From an uncultured Acidimicrobiia bacterium (lineage in GTDB: Bacteria > Actinomycetota > Acidimicrobiia > Acidimicrobiales > AC-14), in NCBI GenBank assembly GCA_963836205.1, contig CAWIIV010000007.1, forward strand, positions 192,001 through 256,000: a stretch of 64,000 bases of DNA. The letters are read 5' to 3'. A program made the position numbers and the translations under genes. Under the pieces are notes generated by a model. It was not told the origin of the DNA. It worked only from the letters and a program-made list of their open reading frames with translations, and did not search any database. Shown here in pieces: positions 9,637-18,413 of the stretch (position 1 is its first letter; each line of letters opens with the position of its first letter).

Positions 9637-9803
9637 GTTCGGAGCCGCCGCCCGCGGCCCCCGGTGGATGCAAGAAACTGGTCTCGGCCGGACAAAGCCG
9701 GACAGGGCCGCCCGCCGACAAACGGGCCCTGTCCGGGACGTCGAAACGTCGATGCCGGGCGGTTCTCGGGGAGGGCCGAGCCGGTCGGTCCCGGAGACGA
9801 ACC

Positions 9804-10031
9804 TCAGCTCGACCGCTGGTACGTCACGACCATGGCGCCCCGATTCGTCTGCGACCCGACGTAACCCGGCGCCCGCTTCCCGGGCACGAACTCCGGCCCG
9901 CTGAGCACCGTCCACCCGTCGGCGAGCATCGACTCCATGTGCCTGTCCATGGGGATGCTCTGGAACGCCTTCTTCAGGTAGAACTTCTTCCCGAGGGCGC
10001 TGTACGTGACCGTCTGTATCTCCACCAGCAC
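9804..10031 (-). CDS. Hypothetical protein (about 75 aa)
   Basis: GAGGGAGG RBS, then VLVEIQTVTYSALGKKFYLKKAF...MVVTYQRSS; coding-like codon use. Confidence 0.55.
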   Translation of the reverse strand: MLVEIQTVTYSALGKKFYLKKAFQSIPMDRHMESMLADGWTVLSGPEFVPGKRAPGYVGSQTNRGAMVVTYQRSS

Positions 10032-10141
10032 CCTCCCTCGTAGGCCGTGACCCGTCGCCTCGGCTCCCAAGCTGCAACCACAGCCGAGAGTGTCCCCGGT
10101 ATCACCGCCGCACAGCTCGGCGCGACCGGCCACGTCGGCTC

Positions 10142-10495
10142 CTACCCTCCAGCCAGGCACTTCAGGACGAACGCCTGGAGCGCCTCGATCTCCGCCCCGT
10201 TCCACGCCGGCCACCGCCACGTCCCCAGGGGCCCGGCGGGGATCCAGGTGGCCCACATGTAGGCGTACCTGTCGTAGCCGTAGTCGCGGAAGTTGTCCGG
10301 TGCCGCTACCGAGAAGGCCCCGGCCGGGCGCCGACCCTCCAGAATGCCGTACTGGTTGATCGTCCACGGCTTGCGCCCGTTGTGCTCGGCGCCGCCGTCG
10401 TAGGCGTTGAGCTTGGCCATCGACACCGAGATCCACCGGTCGATGCAGGCCCGGCCCTGCGGGGTCGCCCACGGCTCCGGGGGGACGGCTGACAT
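10142..10495 (-). CDS. Hypothetical Trp/Tyr-rich protein (117 aa)
   Basis: MSAVPPEPWATPQGRACIDRW...LKCLAGG with GGGAG immediately before the ATG. Confidence 0.6.
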   Translation of the reverse strand: MSAVPPEPWATPQGRACIDRWISVSMAKLNAYDGGAEHNGRKPWTINQYGILEGRRPAGAFSVAAPDNFRDYGYDRYAYMWATWIPAGPLGTWRWPAWNGAEIEALQAFVLKCLAGG

Positions 10496-10557
10496 CTCCC
10501 GACGATATCGCCGGACGTCCCGCCGACAGTGCCGACCCGGCGCAGAAGGGCTCGGCG

Positions 10558-11064
10558 TCAGAACCGATATCGGGTCTGGGCGAAGTCGCCCTTGGCGAAG
10601 GCGAGAACCTTGGTCGGGACGACCTCGAACACCAGCGCCTCGCCCGCCTCGCCCTGAAAGGCCCCGTCGGCCACGTCGTAGTGCCAGTCGCCGTGGTACT
10701 TCGACTCCCAGGCGTCGGCCAGCCGCCGCAGCCGAGCCTCGTCCGTGACCCGGCGGGCCTCGCCCTCGATCACCACGTCGAGTCCCGCCTTCCAGGCGTT
10801 GTTGCCGGTGGTGAGCGCGCAGTGGCTGTTGCGGTCGAGGTTGACGCCCTTCTGTTCGTCGGCGCCGGTGCAGAAGTGCAGGACGCCGTCCAGCCACACC
10901 GCCGGGAGGGGGGTGACATGCGGGCGCCCGTCGGGCCGGACCGTGGAGATCCAGAACAGCTCGGCCTCATCGATCACCCGGCGAGCGTCCTCCCACGGGG
11001 TCACGACCGCCCCCGGCTCGCTGAAGCGGGCATCGAGCTCGGCTACCGGATCCGTACCTGCCAT
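10558..11064 (-). CDS. Pyridoxamine 5'-phosphate oxidase-like (PPOX) flavin-binding protein
   Basis: FWISTVRPDGRPHVTPL, QKGVNLDRN, DVVIEGEA. Confidence 0.88.
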   Translation of the reverse strand: MAGTDPVAELDARFSEPGAVVTPWEDARRVIDEAELFWISTVRPDGRPHVTPLPAVWLDGVLHFCTGADEQKGVNLDRNSHCALTTGNNAWKAGLDVVIEGEARRVTDEARLRRLADAWESKYHGDWHYDVADGAFQGEAGEALVFEVVPTKVLAFAKGDFAQTRYRF

Positions 11065-11141
11065 CGCGTTCCCCCTCGTCGTCCCGTGGTAGACGTCGTG
11101 GGACCGGTGGACTCATCGCTCGGCATGTGACTCCGGCGACG

Positions 11142-11636
11142 TCACTCCGCCGTCGCCCGCGCGATGCCTGCCAACCGGCCGCCCGTCACCTGCAGGAGGT
11201 CGGGGACGGTCAGCTCGAGCTCCAGGCCACGACGGCCCCCGCGGACGAAGACGGTGTCCCACTCCGACGCGCTGGTGTCGACGAGGGTGGTGAGCAGGCG
11301 CTTCTGCCCGACCGGGCTGATCCCACCGACGACGTAGCCGGTAGCCCGCTGGGCTGCATCCGGCGGGGCCATCGCGGCGGCCTTGGCGTGCAAGGCGGCC
11401 GCCAGCGCCTTGAGGTCGACCTGACGGGTGACCGGGACCAGGGCCACGACGAGGTCGCCGTCGACCGAGCAGACGAGCGTCTTGAAGATCCGCGCCGGCT
11501 CGGTCCCGAGCGCCTCGGCCACCTTCTGGCCGTAGGACGCGACCGCCGGGTCGTGGTCGTACCGGTGGACCCGGTGGGCGATCCCCGCCCGGACGAGGGC
11601 TGCGACGGCAGGCGTCGGCGCGGACACGAGCCCCAT
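11142..11636 (-). CDS. ybaK: Cys-tRNA(Pro) deacylase YbaK
   Basis: IFKTLV, ATGYVVGGISPVGQK, GGRRGLELEL. Confidence 0.9.
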   Translation of the reverse strand: MGLVSAPTPAVAALVRAGIAHRVHRYDHDPAVASYGQKVAEALGTEPARIFKTLVCSVDGDLVVALVPVTRQVDLKALAAALHAKAAAMAPPDAAQRATGYVVGGISPVGQKRLLTTLVDTSASEWDTVFVRGGRRGLELELTVPDLLQVTGGRLAGIARATAE

Positions 11637-11644
11637 GATGTCCC

Positions 11645-12256
11645 CTACTCGGACTGGGGCAGGTGGACCTTGGCGTCCTCGTAGGTGGCGTCGCCGGTGG
11701 ATTCGGCCGGCCCGTAGACGAGAGACAGCACGCCGGTCTCGAAGGTCGCGGAGGAGAGGAGCGTGAGAGGAACCGGGTCGCCCTCGTCGAACAGCCGCAT
11801 GCCCTTGCGGACGGCGATCGGGTGGACAAGCAGGTGCAGCTCGTCGAGGAGCCCCGCCGCCAGCAGCTGACGGACGACGGAGACCGAGCCGCTCATGGCG
11901 ATGTTCTTGTCGCCCGGCTCGTTCTTCAGGGCGGTGACGGCTTCGACGAGGTCGCCCGGCAGCAGCTCGGAGTTGCGCCAGGTGAACTCCAGCGGCTGGT
12001 TCGACACGACGATCTTGCGGGCTCGCCGAGCGCCTTGGCCATGCCGGTATCCTCTTCGCCGGCGAGCTCCCGCTCAGGCCACGCCCCCGCGAAGCTGTCG
12101 TAGGTCTTGCGCCCGAGCAGCACGGTGTCGGCCCCGCCGAGGGTGGCGGTGACGGCCGACCCCAATCTCGTCGTTGAAGTACGGGAAGTGCCAGAGATGG
12201 GGGTCCTCGACGACGCCGTCGAGGGAGATGAACAGACCGGCAGTGATCTTCCTCAT
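11645..12256 (-). pseudogene. Dihydrofolate reductase / RibD C-terminal family protein with two frameshifts (about 12163 and 12022; possibly sequencing errors)
   Basis: MRKITAGLFISLDGVVE, LLGRKTYDSF and GSVSVVRQLLAAGLLDELHLLVHP fall in three different frames. Confidence 0.8.
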
Positions 12257-12344
12257 GCTTTCGTCTCCCAGAGATGGTCGGAAAGCGTGGCAGCACGGGT
12301 CAGACGGCACGAACCCGACGAACTCATCGGGCAGACTCGGCGGT

Positions 12345-13337
12345 GTGGAGCTGCTGATCGCCCGCAACCCCGAGCCGGACAGCAGCCTGCCCTACCTGCT
12401 CCGGCTGCCGATCGGCGACGGGCTCGTGTTTCGCACCAAGGACACGTGGCCCCGGACGATCGCCCTGTACTGCCACCCCGTCCCATGTACTGACTGGCCG
12501 GACGAGCCCGACATCGTGGAACGGGTGGCGCTGCGGGCGTGCACCCGCCGGGGGGCGGCCATCGACGTCGTCGCCGACCGTGGGCGAGAGCAGCGCTCGC
12601 AGATCGTCTTCACCAACGCCCGGGGGCGGGAGATGGTGTTCTGGCAGTCTCCCCGCACCCGCAAGCAGGCCCGGCCCGATGTCCGCATCCCCACGGCCCG
12701 GGCGGCGGGGATCGCCGATCTCGAGATCGTCGTCGACGCCCACGAGCGCTACCCGTACCAGTTCGCCGGCCAGCAGGTCCGTACCGTGCGACGGGCGTTG
12801 CCCTGCGGCGACTACGGGGTGACAGCCGACGGCAAGCTCGTGGCTGCGGTCGAGCGCAAGTCGCTTCCCGACCTGGTGTCGAGCCTGACCGCCGGCCGGC
12901 TGCGCTTCGCCCTCGGCGAGCTGGCCACGCTCCCCCGGGCCGCGGTCGTGGTGGAGGACCGCTATTCGAAGGTCTTCAGCCAGGACCGGGTCCGGCCGGC
13001 GCTGGTGGCCGACGGCCTGGCCGAGCTCCAGGTCCGCTGGCCCACCATCCCGATCGTGTTCTGCGAGACCCGCAAGCTGGCCGAGGAGTGGACCTACCGC
13101 TACCTCGCCGCCGCCCACGTCTGGGCCCAGGCCGAAGGCCCCGCCGTTGCCCGCATCGGCATCGGCGATGGCGATGGCGAGCCAGTCGGCCCCGCGGAGC
13201 CGGAACCGTCGACGGCCGAGGTCCGGGCATGGGCCCGGGCCAACGGGATCGTCGTCCCCGACCGCGGCCGCCTCCGCCCCGAGGTCCGCCAGGCCTGGCG
13301 CGACGCCACCGGGGACCAGCCCACCACCAGCGGCTGA
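12345..13337 (+). CDS. ERCC4/XPF nuclease-domain protein with C-terminal Lsr2-like DNA-binding domain
   Basis: VVDAHE, LPCGDY, VERKSLPDL (ERKxxxD) and AVVVE; tail AEVRAWARANGIVVPDRGRL (Lsr2 RGR AT-hook-like). Confidence 0.85.
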   Translation: MELLIARNPEPDSSLPYLLRLPIGDGLVFRTKDTWPRTIALYCHPVPCTDWPDEPDIVERVALRACTRRGAAIDVVADRGREQRSQIVFTNARGREMVFWQSPRTRKQARPDVRIPTARAAGIADLEIVVDAHERYPYQFAGQQVRTVRRALPCGDYGVTADGKLVAAVERKSLPDLVSSLTAGRLRFALGELATLPRAAVVVEDRYSKVFSQDRVRPALVADGLAELQVRWPTIPIVFCETRKLAEEWTYRYLAAAHVWAQAEGPAVARIGIGDGDGEPVGPAEPEPSTAEVRAWARANGIVVPDRGRLRPEVRQAWRDATGDQPTTSG

Positions 13338-13482
13338 CCCGGCCATCGCCGAGCGCGGCCCACAACGTCGCGGCACGAAACCACGTCCGGACGGCACCGC
13401 GCTGATAGATTGAGGCCTCACCTTGCATCGAGCGGCCACCTCGGTCCCTCGGCGGAGCCTCTTCAACGGAGGTGCGGACGAC

Positions 13483-15030
13483 ATGAACCGACGGCGGGGC
13501 GTTGCGGTCCTGGTCTTGGCGGTGCTGCTGGTCGCCAGCGGATGCGGCAGCGGTGGTGGGACGGGCGCAGACGGTCTCGTGATCGCCGCCGGCGACGACG
13601 AGTCGGTGCTGGAGCCGCCGTTCGCGGCCAATGTGGCCACCGGATACGGCAACGCCAACGCCTCGGTCTTCGAGACCCTTGTCGAGTTGGCGCCCGACTT
13701 CTCGGTCAAGCCCCTGCTGGCGACGTCGTGGGAGCTGCGCCCGCCGAACACCTGGCGATTCCACCTTCGACCGGGGGTCGTTTTCCACGACGGGCAGCCT
13801 TTCGACGCCAAGGCGGTCGAGTACAACGTCACCGAGCTGTGGACCGAGCTCGGAGTTCTTGCCCTCGGACCCGAGTCGGTCGCCGTCATCGACGCCGCCA
13901 CCATCGATATCACTCCTTCCGCGGCCGCCGGCAACCTCGTCGGGCAATTGGCGCACCCGCTTCTGGGCCTCAAGGCCCCGGGCACCTACGCCGGCCCCGG
14001 AACCTCCTCGGAGAACCGGCCGACGGGCACGGGTCCCTTCCAGTTTTCGAGCTACAGGAACGATGTGGAGTTGAAGGTCGACCAGTTCGACGACTACTGG
14101 GGCCCGCAGCCCAGACTGGAGACCATGACCTTCCGCTTCCTCCCGGACGCGCAGGCCAGGACGCTGGCGCTCACGGCCGGTGACGTCGATGCTGCCTACG
14201 ATTATCGCGCCGAAGGCCAGGACGACAGGTCCGACGTCACCGTGGCCACTGCCGGCGTCGGCGCTTACGACGCCCTGCTGCTCAGCCTGAAGGGAGACTC
14301 GCCGCTACACGAGCTGCCCGTCCGGCAGGCGGTCGCCTCGGCGATCGACCGCTCGGCGATCGTGGAAACGGTCTGGAAGGACGCCGCGGAAGTCACACCC
14401 TCCCTGGTCCCCCCGGCGCTGCTCGGAGTCGGGACCGCGTCGGTCGACGGGTGGGCATACGACCCGGCACACGCTCGCCGCCTCTTGGACGAATCCGGGT
14501 GGGCGCAGGTGGGAGACGACGTGCGGACGAAGGACGGTCGGGCTCTCGACCTGACCTTGCGGGTCTACGACCCCGATGCCCACAACAGGGTCCCTGAGCT
14601 CCTCCAACGACAGCTCGCCGAGGTGGGCGTCCGGGTCAGGATCGACACCGACCCAACGGGCTACGGGGAGAGCCTGGAAATGGGCGACGGCGACCTGTTC
14701 CTCGAGATCGGGAACCAGTACGACGCAAACCCCGCCTTCGCGGGGGCGCTGTTCACGGATGCGCCCGGTGGCTTCGCCGACTACGCCACGTCGTTCGGCG
14801 CCGGCCCTGAGTACGACCAGGTGTTCACCCGTGCGATCGCGGCGACGAATCCGGACGAGGCCCGCCGCCAGGCCGGCGCGGCCATGCACCTCGTGGTGGA
14901 CGAGGTTGTCGCCGTGGTCCCGATCGCGGGGATCAAACGGGTCTGGGGCCTTCGCAGCAACGTACGCGGCTTCGTTCCCCATCCGTCCGACATCAGCCAG
15001 CAGTGGGACGAGGTCTTCGTCGACCGCTGA
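13483..15030 (+). CDS. ABC peptide/nickel-type substrate-binding lipoprotein
   Basis: Lipobox VASGC, PLLATSW, LRPGVVFHDG, PTGTGPF, VRQAVASAIDR. Confidence 0.9.
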   Translation: MNRRRGVAVLVLAVLLVASGCGSGGGTGADGLVIAAGDDESVLEPPFAANVATGYGNANASVFETLVELAPDFSVKPLLATSWELRPPNTWRFHLRPGVVFHDGQPFDAKAVEYNVTELWTELGVLALGPESVAVIDAATIDITPSAAAGNLVGQLAHPLLGLKAPGTYAGPGTSSENRPTGTGPFQFSSYRNDVELKVDQFDDYWGPQPRLETMTFRFLPDAQARTLALTAGDVDAAYDYRAEGQDDRSDVTVATAGVGAYDALLLSLKGDSPLHELPVRQAVASAIDRSAIVETVWKDAAEVTPSLVPPALLGVGTASVDGWAYDPAHARRLLDESGWAQVGDDVRTKDGRALDLTLRVYDPDAHNRVPELLQRQLAEVGVRVRIDTDPTGYGESLEMGDGDLFLEIGNQYDANPAFAGALFTDAPGGFADYATSFGAGPEYDQVFTRAIAATNPDEARRQAGAAMHLVVDEVVAVVPIAGIKRVWGLRSNVRGFVPHPSDISQQWDEVFVDR

Positions 15031-15043
15031 TCGCCCCAGCACG

Positions 15044-15985
15044 ATGAGCGCGCAGGTCGTGCGGCGGATCGCCGAGCTCGTGCCGCTGCTCATCGGGCTG
15101 AGCCTTTTCTCCTTCGTCCTCGGCCAGGTGGCCCCGGGCGACCCGGCGCGCTCGCTGGCGCGGCTGCGTGTCGGGGCTCCGCCGACGGAGGAGCAGATCC
15201 GTGCTTTCGGCGAGGAGCACGGGCTCTACGACCCGGCCGCAGTCCAGTACGGCCGTTGGTTGGGAAACGCCGTCACCGGCGACCTCGGTACGTCCTTCCG
15301 AACCGGTCAATCGGTTGCGGGAAGCCTCTGGGACGCCCTCCCCGTCACCCTCGAGCTGGCCCTGTTGTCCTTCGTGATCATGGTGACGGTGGGAATCCCG
15401 GTCGGGATAGGGGCGGCAGTCGCCCCCGGCCGGCTCCTCGACCACGGGTCCCGATTCCTAGCCCTGGCAGGACTCGCGCTTCCCGGGTTCTGGTTGGCGT
15501 ACCTGCTGATCATCCTGTTCGCGGTGCACCTCCAATGGCTGCCGACGTCGTGGACCGGGACGCCGTCGTCGTTCGTCCTGCCCTCCGTAACGCTCGCCGT
15601 CTACGGCACGGCGGTCCTCGTCCGGCTCACGAGGGCGTCGATGTTGGAGGTCCTCGGCGAGCCCTTCGTGCGCGGCGCGAGGGCTCGAGGTCTGTCCGAT
15701 CAGAGGGTGGTTTGGCGTCACGCGTTCCGGGTCGCATGCATACCGGTCCTCACCTATGGCGGGCTTCTCCTCGGCGGGCTCCTCGGCGGTTCGGTGATCG
15801 TCGAGTCGATCTTCGGCATGCCTGGGATGGGCGCGCTCGTCGTCGACGCCATCGAGACTCGTGACTTCCCCGTGGTCCAGGGCTTCGTCCTGCTCTACGG
15901 CACCGTGATCGTCCTGCTCAACCTGGCGGTCGACCTCCTCTACCTCGCGGTCGACCCTCGCATGCGTCAGGACGGACCGGGTTGA
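15044..15985 (+). CDS. ABC peptide permease (DppB/NikB-like)
   Basis: APGDPA, GDLGTSF, ARARGL, ESIFGMPGMG, RDFPVVQG. Confidence 0.9.
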   Translation: MSAQVVRRIAELVPLLIGLSLFSFVLGQVAPGDPARSLARLRVGAPPTEEQIRAFGEEHGLYDPAAVQYGRWLGNAVTGDLGTSFRTGQSVAGSLWDALPVTLELALLSFVIMVTVGIPVGIGAAVAPGRLLDHGSRFLALAGLALPGFWLAYLLIILFAVHLQWLPTSWTGTPSSFVLPSVTLAVYGTAVLVRLTRASMLEVLGEPFVRGARARGLSDQRVVWRHAFRVACIPVLTYGGLLLGGLLGGSVIVESIFGMPGMGALVVDAIETRDFPVVQGFVLLYGTVIVLLNLAVDLLYLAVDPRMRQDGPG

Positions 15986-16084
15986 GCGAGATGGGAACCA
16001 TGCCGGAGGCTGGGGCCAATCCAGCTGGGGCCCTCTGTACGGCCGGCGAACCGCCAGGTCCGTCCGCGTCGGAACCTGACAGCA

Positions 16085-16966
16085 GTGACTGGCGCGGCGG
16101 TGATCGCGACGATGGCGCTTCTCGCGGTCGCGGCGCCCCTCGTCGCCCCGTTCAACCCGGTCGACGTTGACCTCGCTGCCAAACTCGAAGCACCGAGCTT
16201 CACCCATCTGTTCGGCACCGACGAGATCGGCCGCGACGTCTTCTCCCGTGTGCTCTACGGGTCCCGCCTCTCGTTGGGTACCGCCGCCCTCGCCGCCCTC
16301 GTCGTGATGACGATCGGCGTGTCGGTCGGGCTCCTGGCCGGGCTCCGGGGCGGGTGGATGGACGGCTTGCTGATGCGCATCGTCGACGGGCTTCTGGCCT
16401 TCCCGAGCTTGGTGTTGGTACTGGCCATCGCCGGTACCCTCCGCGGCGGGCTGTTGACGATCGTCATCGCATTCGCCGCCGTCTCATGGGCGACGTTCGC
16501 CAGGATGATGCGCGGTCTCGTCCTGCAGCTGCGCGACCAGCCCTTCGTGGCCGCCGCACATGCCATCGGTGCCTCGCGCCTCCGCGTCGCCTGGCACCAC
16601 GTCCTGCCCAACGCCATCGGGCCGGTGCTGGTGCTGGCCAGCCTGGAGATGGGGAGCCTGATCGCCAGCGTCTCAGCCCTCTCGTTTCTCGGGGTCGGCG
16701 CACAACCACCGACCGCGGAGTGGGGGGCGATGCTCAACCAGAGCCGCGACTACGCCTTGTCGCACCCCCACCTGATGATCTTCCCCGGCGCCGCGATCAC
16801 TCTTGCGGTGCTCGGCTTCGTCCTTTTGGGCGAGGGCCTCCGCGACGTGCTCGACGTGAGGTCCTACTCCCCGGGCGCCCGACGACCCCGGGGCTACCGG
16901 GGTCGTCGGAGTGGCCGTCCTCCGTCGTCGTCCGTCGAGGTCAGTGGGGGTATGGCTCGGGATTGA
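16085..16966 (+). CDS. ABC peptide permease (DppC/NikC-like); start uncertain
   Basis: HLFGTDEIGRDVFSR, HVLPN, LSFLGVG, EWGAML, LGEGLRD. Confidence 0.88.
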   Translation: MTGAAVIATMALLAVAAPLVAPFNPVDVDLAAKLEAPSFTHLFGTDEIGRDVFSRVLYGSRLSLGTAALAALVVMTIGVSVGLLAGLRGGWMDGLLMRIVDGLLAFPSLVLVLAIAGTLRGGLLTIVIAFAAVSWATFARMMRGLVLQLRDQPFVAAAHAIGASRLRVAWHHVLPNAIGPVLVLASLEMGSLIASVSALSFLGVGAQPPTAEWGAMLNQSRDYALSHPHLMIFPGAAITLAVLGFVLLGEGLRDVLDVRSYSPGARRPRGYRGRRSGRPPSSSVEVSGGMARD

Positions 16967-18332
16967 CGACCGTACCGAGACTGGGGACGCGCCTGGCATC
17001 GGGGTCGTTGATGATCCGATCGGCCGCTTGACGGGCATTGCGCGGCCGCAGGAACCACAGGAACTGGCGCCACCCCCCCGGGCTGCGGCGGACCGCAATC
17101 GCGGCAGCAACGGCGGGCGTCGAGAACGACGTGCCGCTCCAGACCGCGTAGCCCTCGAACGAGCGTTTGTCGTCGGATGGCCCCTTCTTCCGCGACCGCC
17201 AGTCGACGAAGGTGCTGTGAACGCTCTCCCCCGGAGCGCACACGTCGAGCCAGGGCCCGTAGTTGGTGAAGTGCGTCTTCTTGCCGTTCCTGTCAATGGC
17301 ACCGACGGCCACGACGCCCTTGAAGGCTGCCGGGTACTCCGGGTTGCTCACGCCCGCATTTCCGGCGGCCGCTACGACGACCAGGCCCGGCTTGGTCCGC
17401 CGCAAAAGGTCGATGACCTCCTGGGTGTGGAACATGCCAGTGCCATCGTGGGTGGGCCCGGACCAGGACAGGCTGATGATATCGACATCGTCCTCGGCCA
17501 TCGCGATGATCGCCTTGGCCAAATCCTCGTCGGCGATCATGTCGCTTTCGCTGATCCGGCGAACCTTCACCTTGGCGCCAGGCGCGGTCCGGTGGATGAC
17601 ACCCGTGATGAACGTACCGTGACCATTGGTAAGCGTGAGCTCGCCCTCATCGTCGCCAAGGGGCTCCTCGTCGGTGGGACCGAGGTCGACTCGGCCGCCG
17701 TACCAGTCGAGCCGGCCCGTCCACATGCCGGTATCGAGGACGCCGATCGTCACGCCGTAGCCGGGAAGCGGAAGGAAGTGTCGGTGATGCGGCCGGTCGA
17801 GACTTCGGGCGCGACGCCTGCCGAACGCCCCGTGCGCACGCCCGTGATAAGAGAGCCCGATCACGATGTGGGGAGATACCCGCGGGACCAACTCTCGCGG
17901 CACCCCGTCCGGTGCGTCCTCGTCGTCGGGGTCGGATACCGTGCGGTCGAGCACGGGCCGACGGAGCCTGGTCACCGTGCCTAGGACGTCCAGGTCCTCG
18001 GGGCCACCGCCGCCCTGAGCCCGCAGTTCATAACGCACGACGGCGGTGCCGTCCACGTCACCGAACCTTGGCCGGAAGACGCCGAGCTGCCGCAGCCCCA
18101 ATTCGTCGATCTGGTCCTGGATCAGCCTGACGTCATCCTCGACCACCAGGATCTCGTCCGGCACGTAGTGGTAGTGCCGGTCGGCCGGTCCCTCTTCCGG
18201 AGTCGAGCTCACCGGGCCTGGCGGGCCGCCGTCTCCTCCGCCACGTCCTCCTCGGCCGTTTCCGCCTTCGCCGCTCCCGCCGGCACCGTCCGGAGTTGGC
18301 CCGTCCTTGTCCGGCATTTCATAGTCAGTCAC
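16941..18332 (-). CDS. S8 subtilisin-like serine peptidase, no signal peptide (start uncertain, ORF extends to 18377)
   Basis: Catalytic triad GVLDTG / NGHGTF / SGTSFSTP; oxyanion motif AAAGN. Confidence 0.9.
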   Translation of the reverse strand: MTDYEMPDKDGPTPDGAGGSGEGGNGRGGRGGGDGGPPGPVSSTPEEGPADRHYHYVPDEILVVEDDVRLIQDQIDELGLRQLGVFRPRFGDVDGTAVVRYELRAQGGGGPEDLDVLGTVTRLRRPVLDRTVSDPDDEDAPDGVPRELVPRVSPHIVIGLSYHGRAHGAFGRRRARSLDRPHHRHFLPLPGYGVTIGVLDTGMWTGRLDWYGGRVDLGPTDEEPLGDDEGELTLTNGHGTFITGVIHRTAPGAKVKVRRISESDMIADEDLAKAIIAMAEDDVDIISLSWSGPTHDGTGMFHTQEVIDLLRRTKPGLVVVAAAGNAGVSNPEYPAAFKGVVAVGAIDRNGKKTHFTNYGPWLDVCAPGESVHSTFVDWRSRKKGPSDDKRSFEGYAVWSGTSFSTPAVAAAIAVRRSPGGWRQFLWFLRPRNARQAADRIINDPDARRVPSLGTVVNPEPYPH

Positions 18333-18413
18333 AGTCAGCCCCCGATCTGATCTCCTCCTTGGGAGAGTCCTCAGCACGCTGCCTGATACACGGTTCTAAC
18401 ATGCCGCAAGAAG

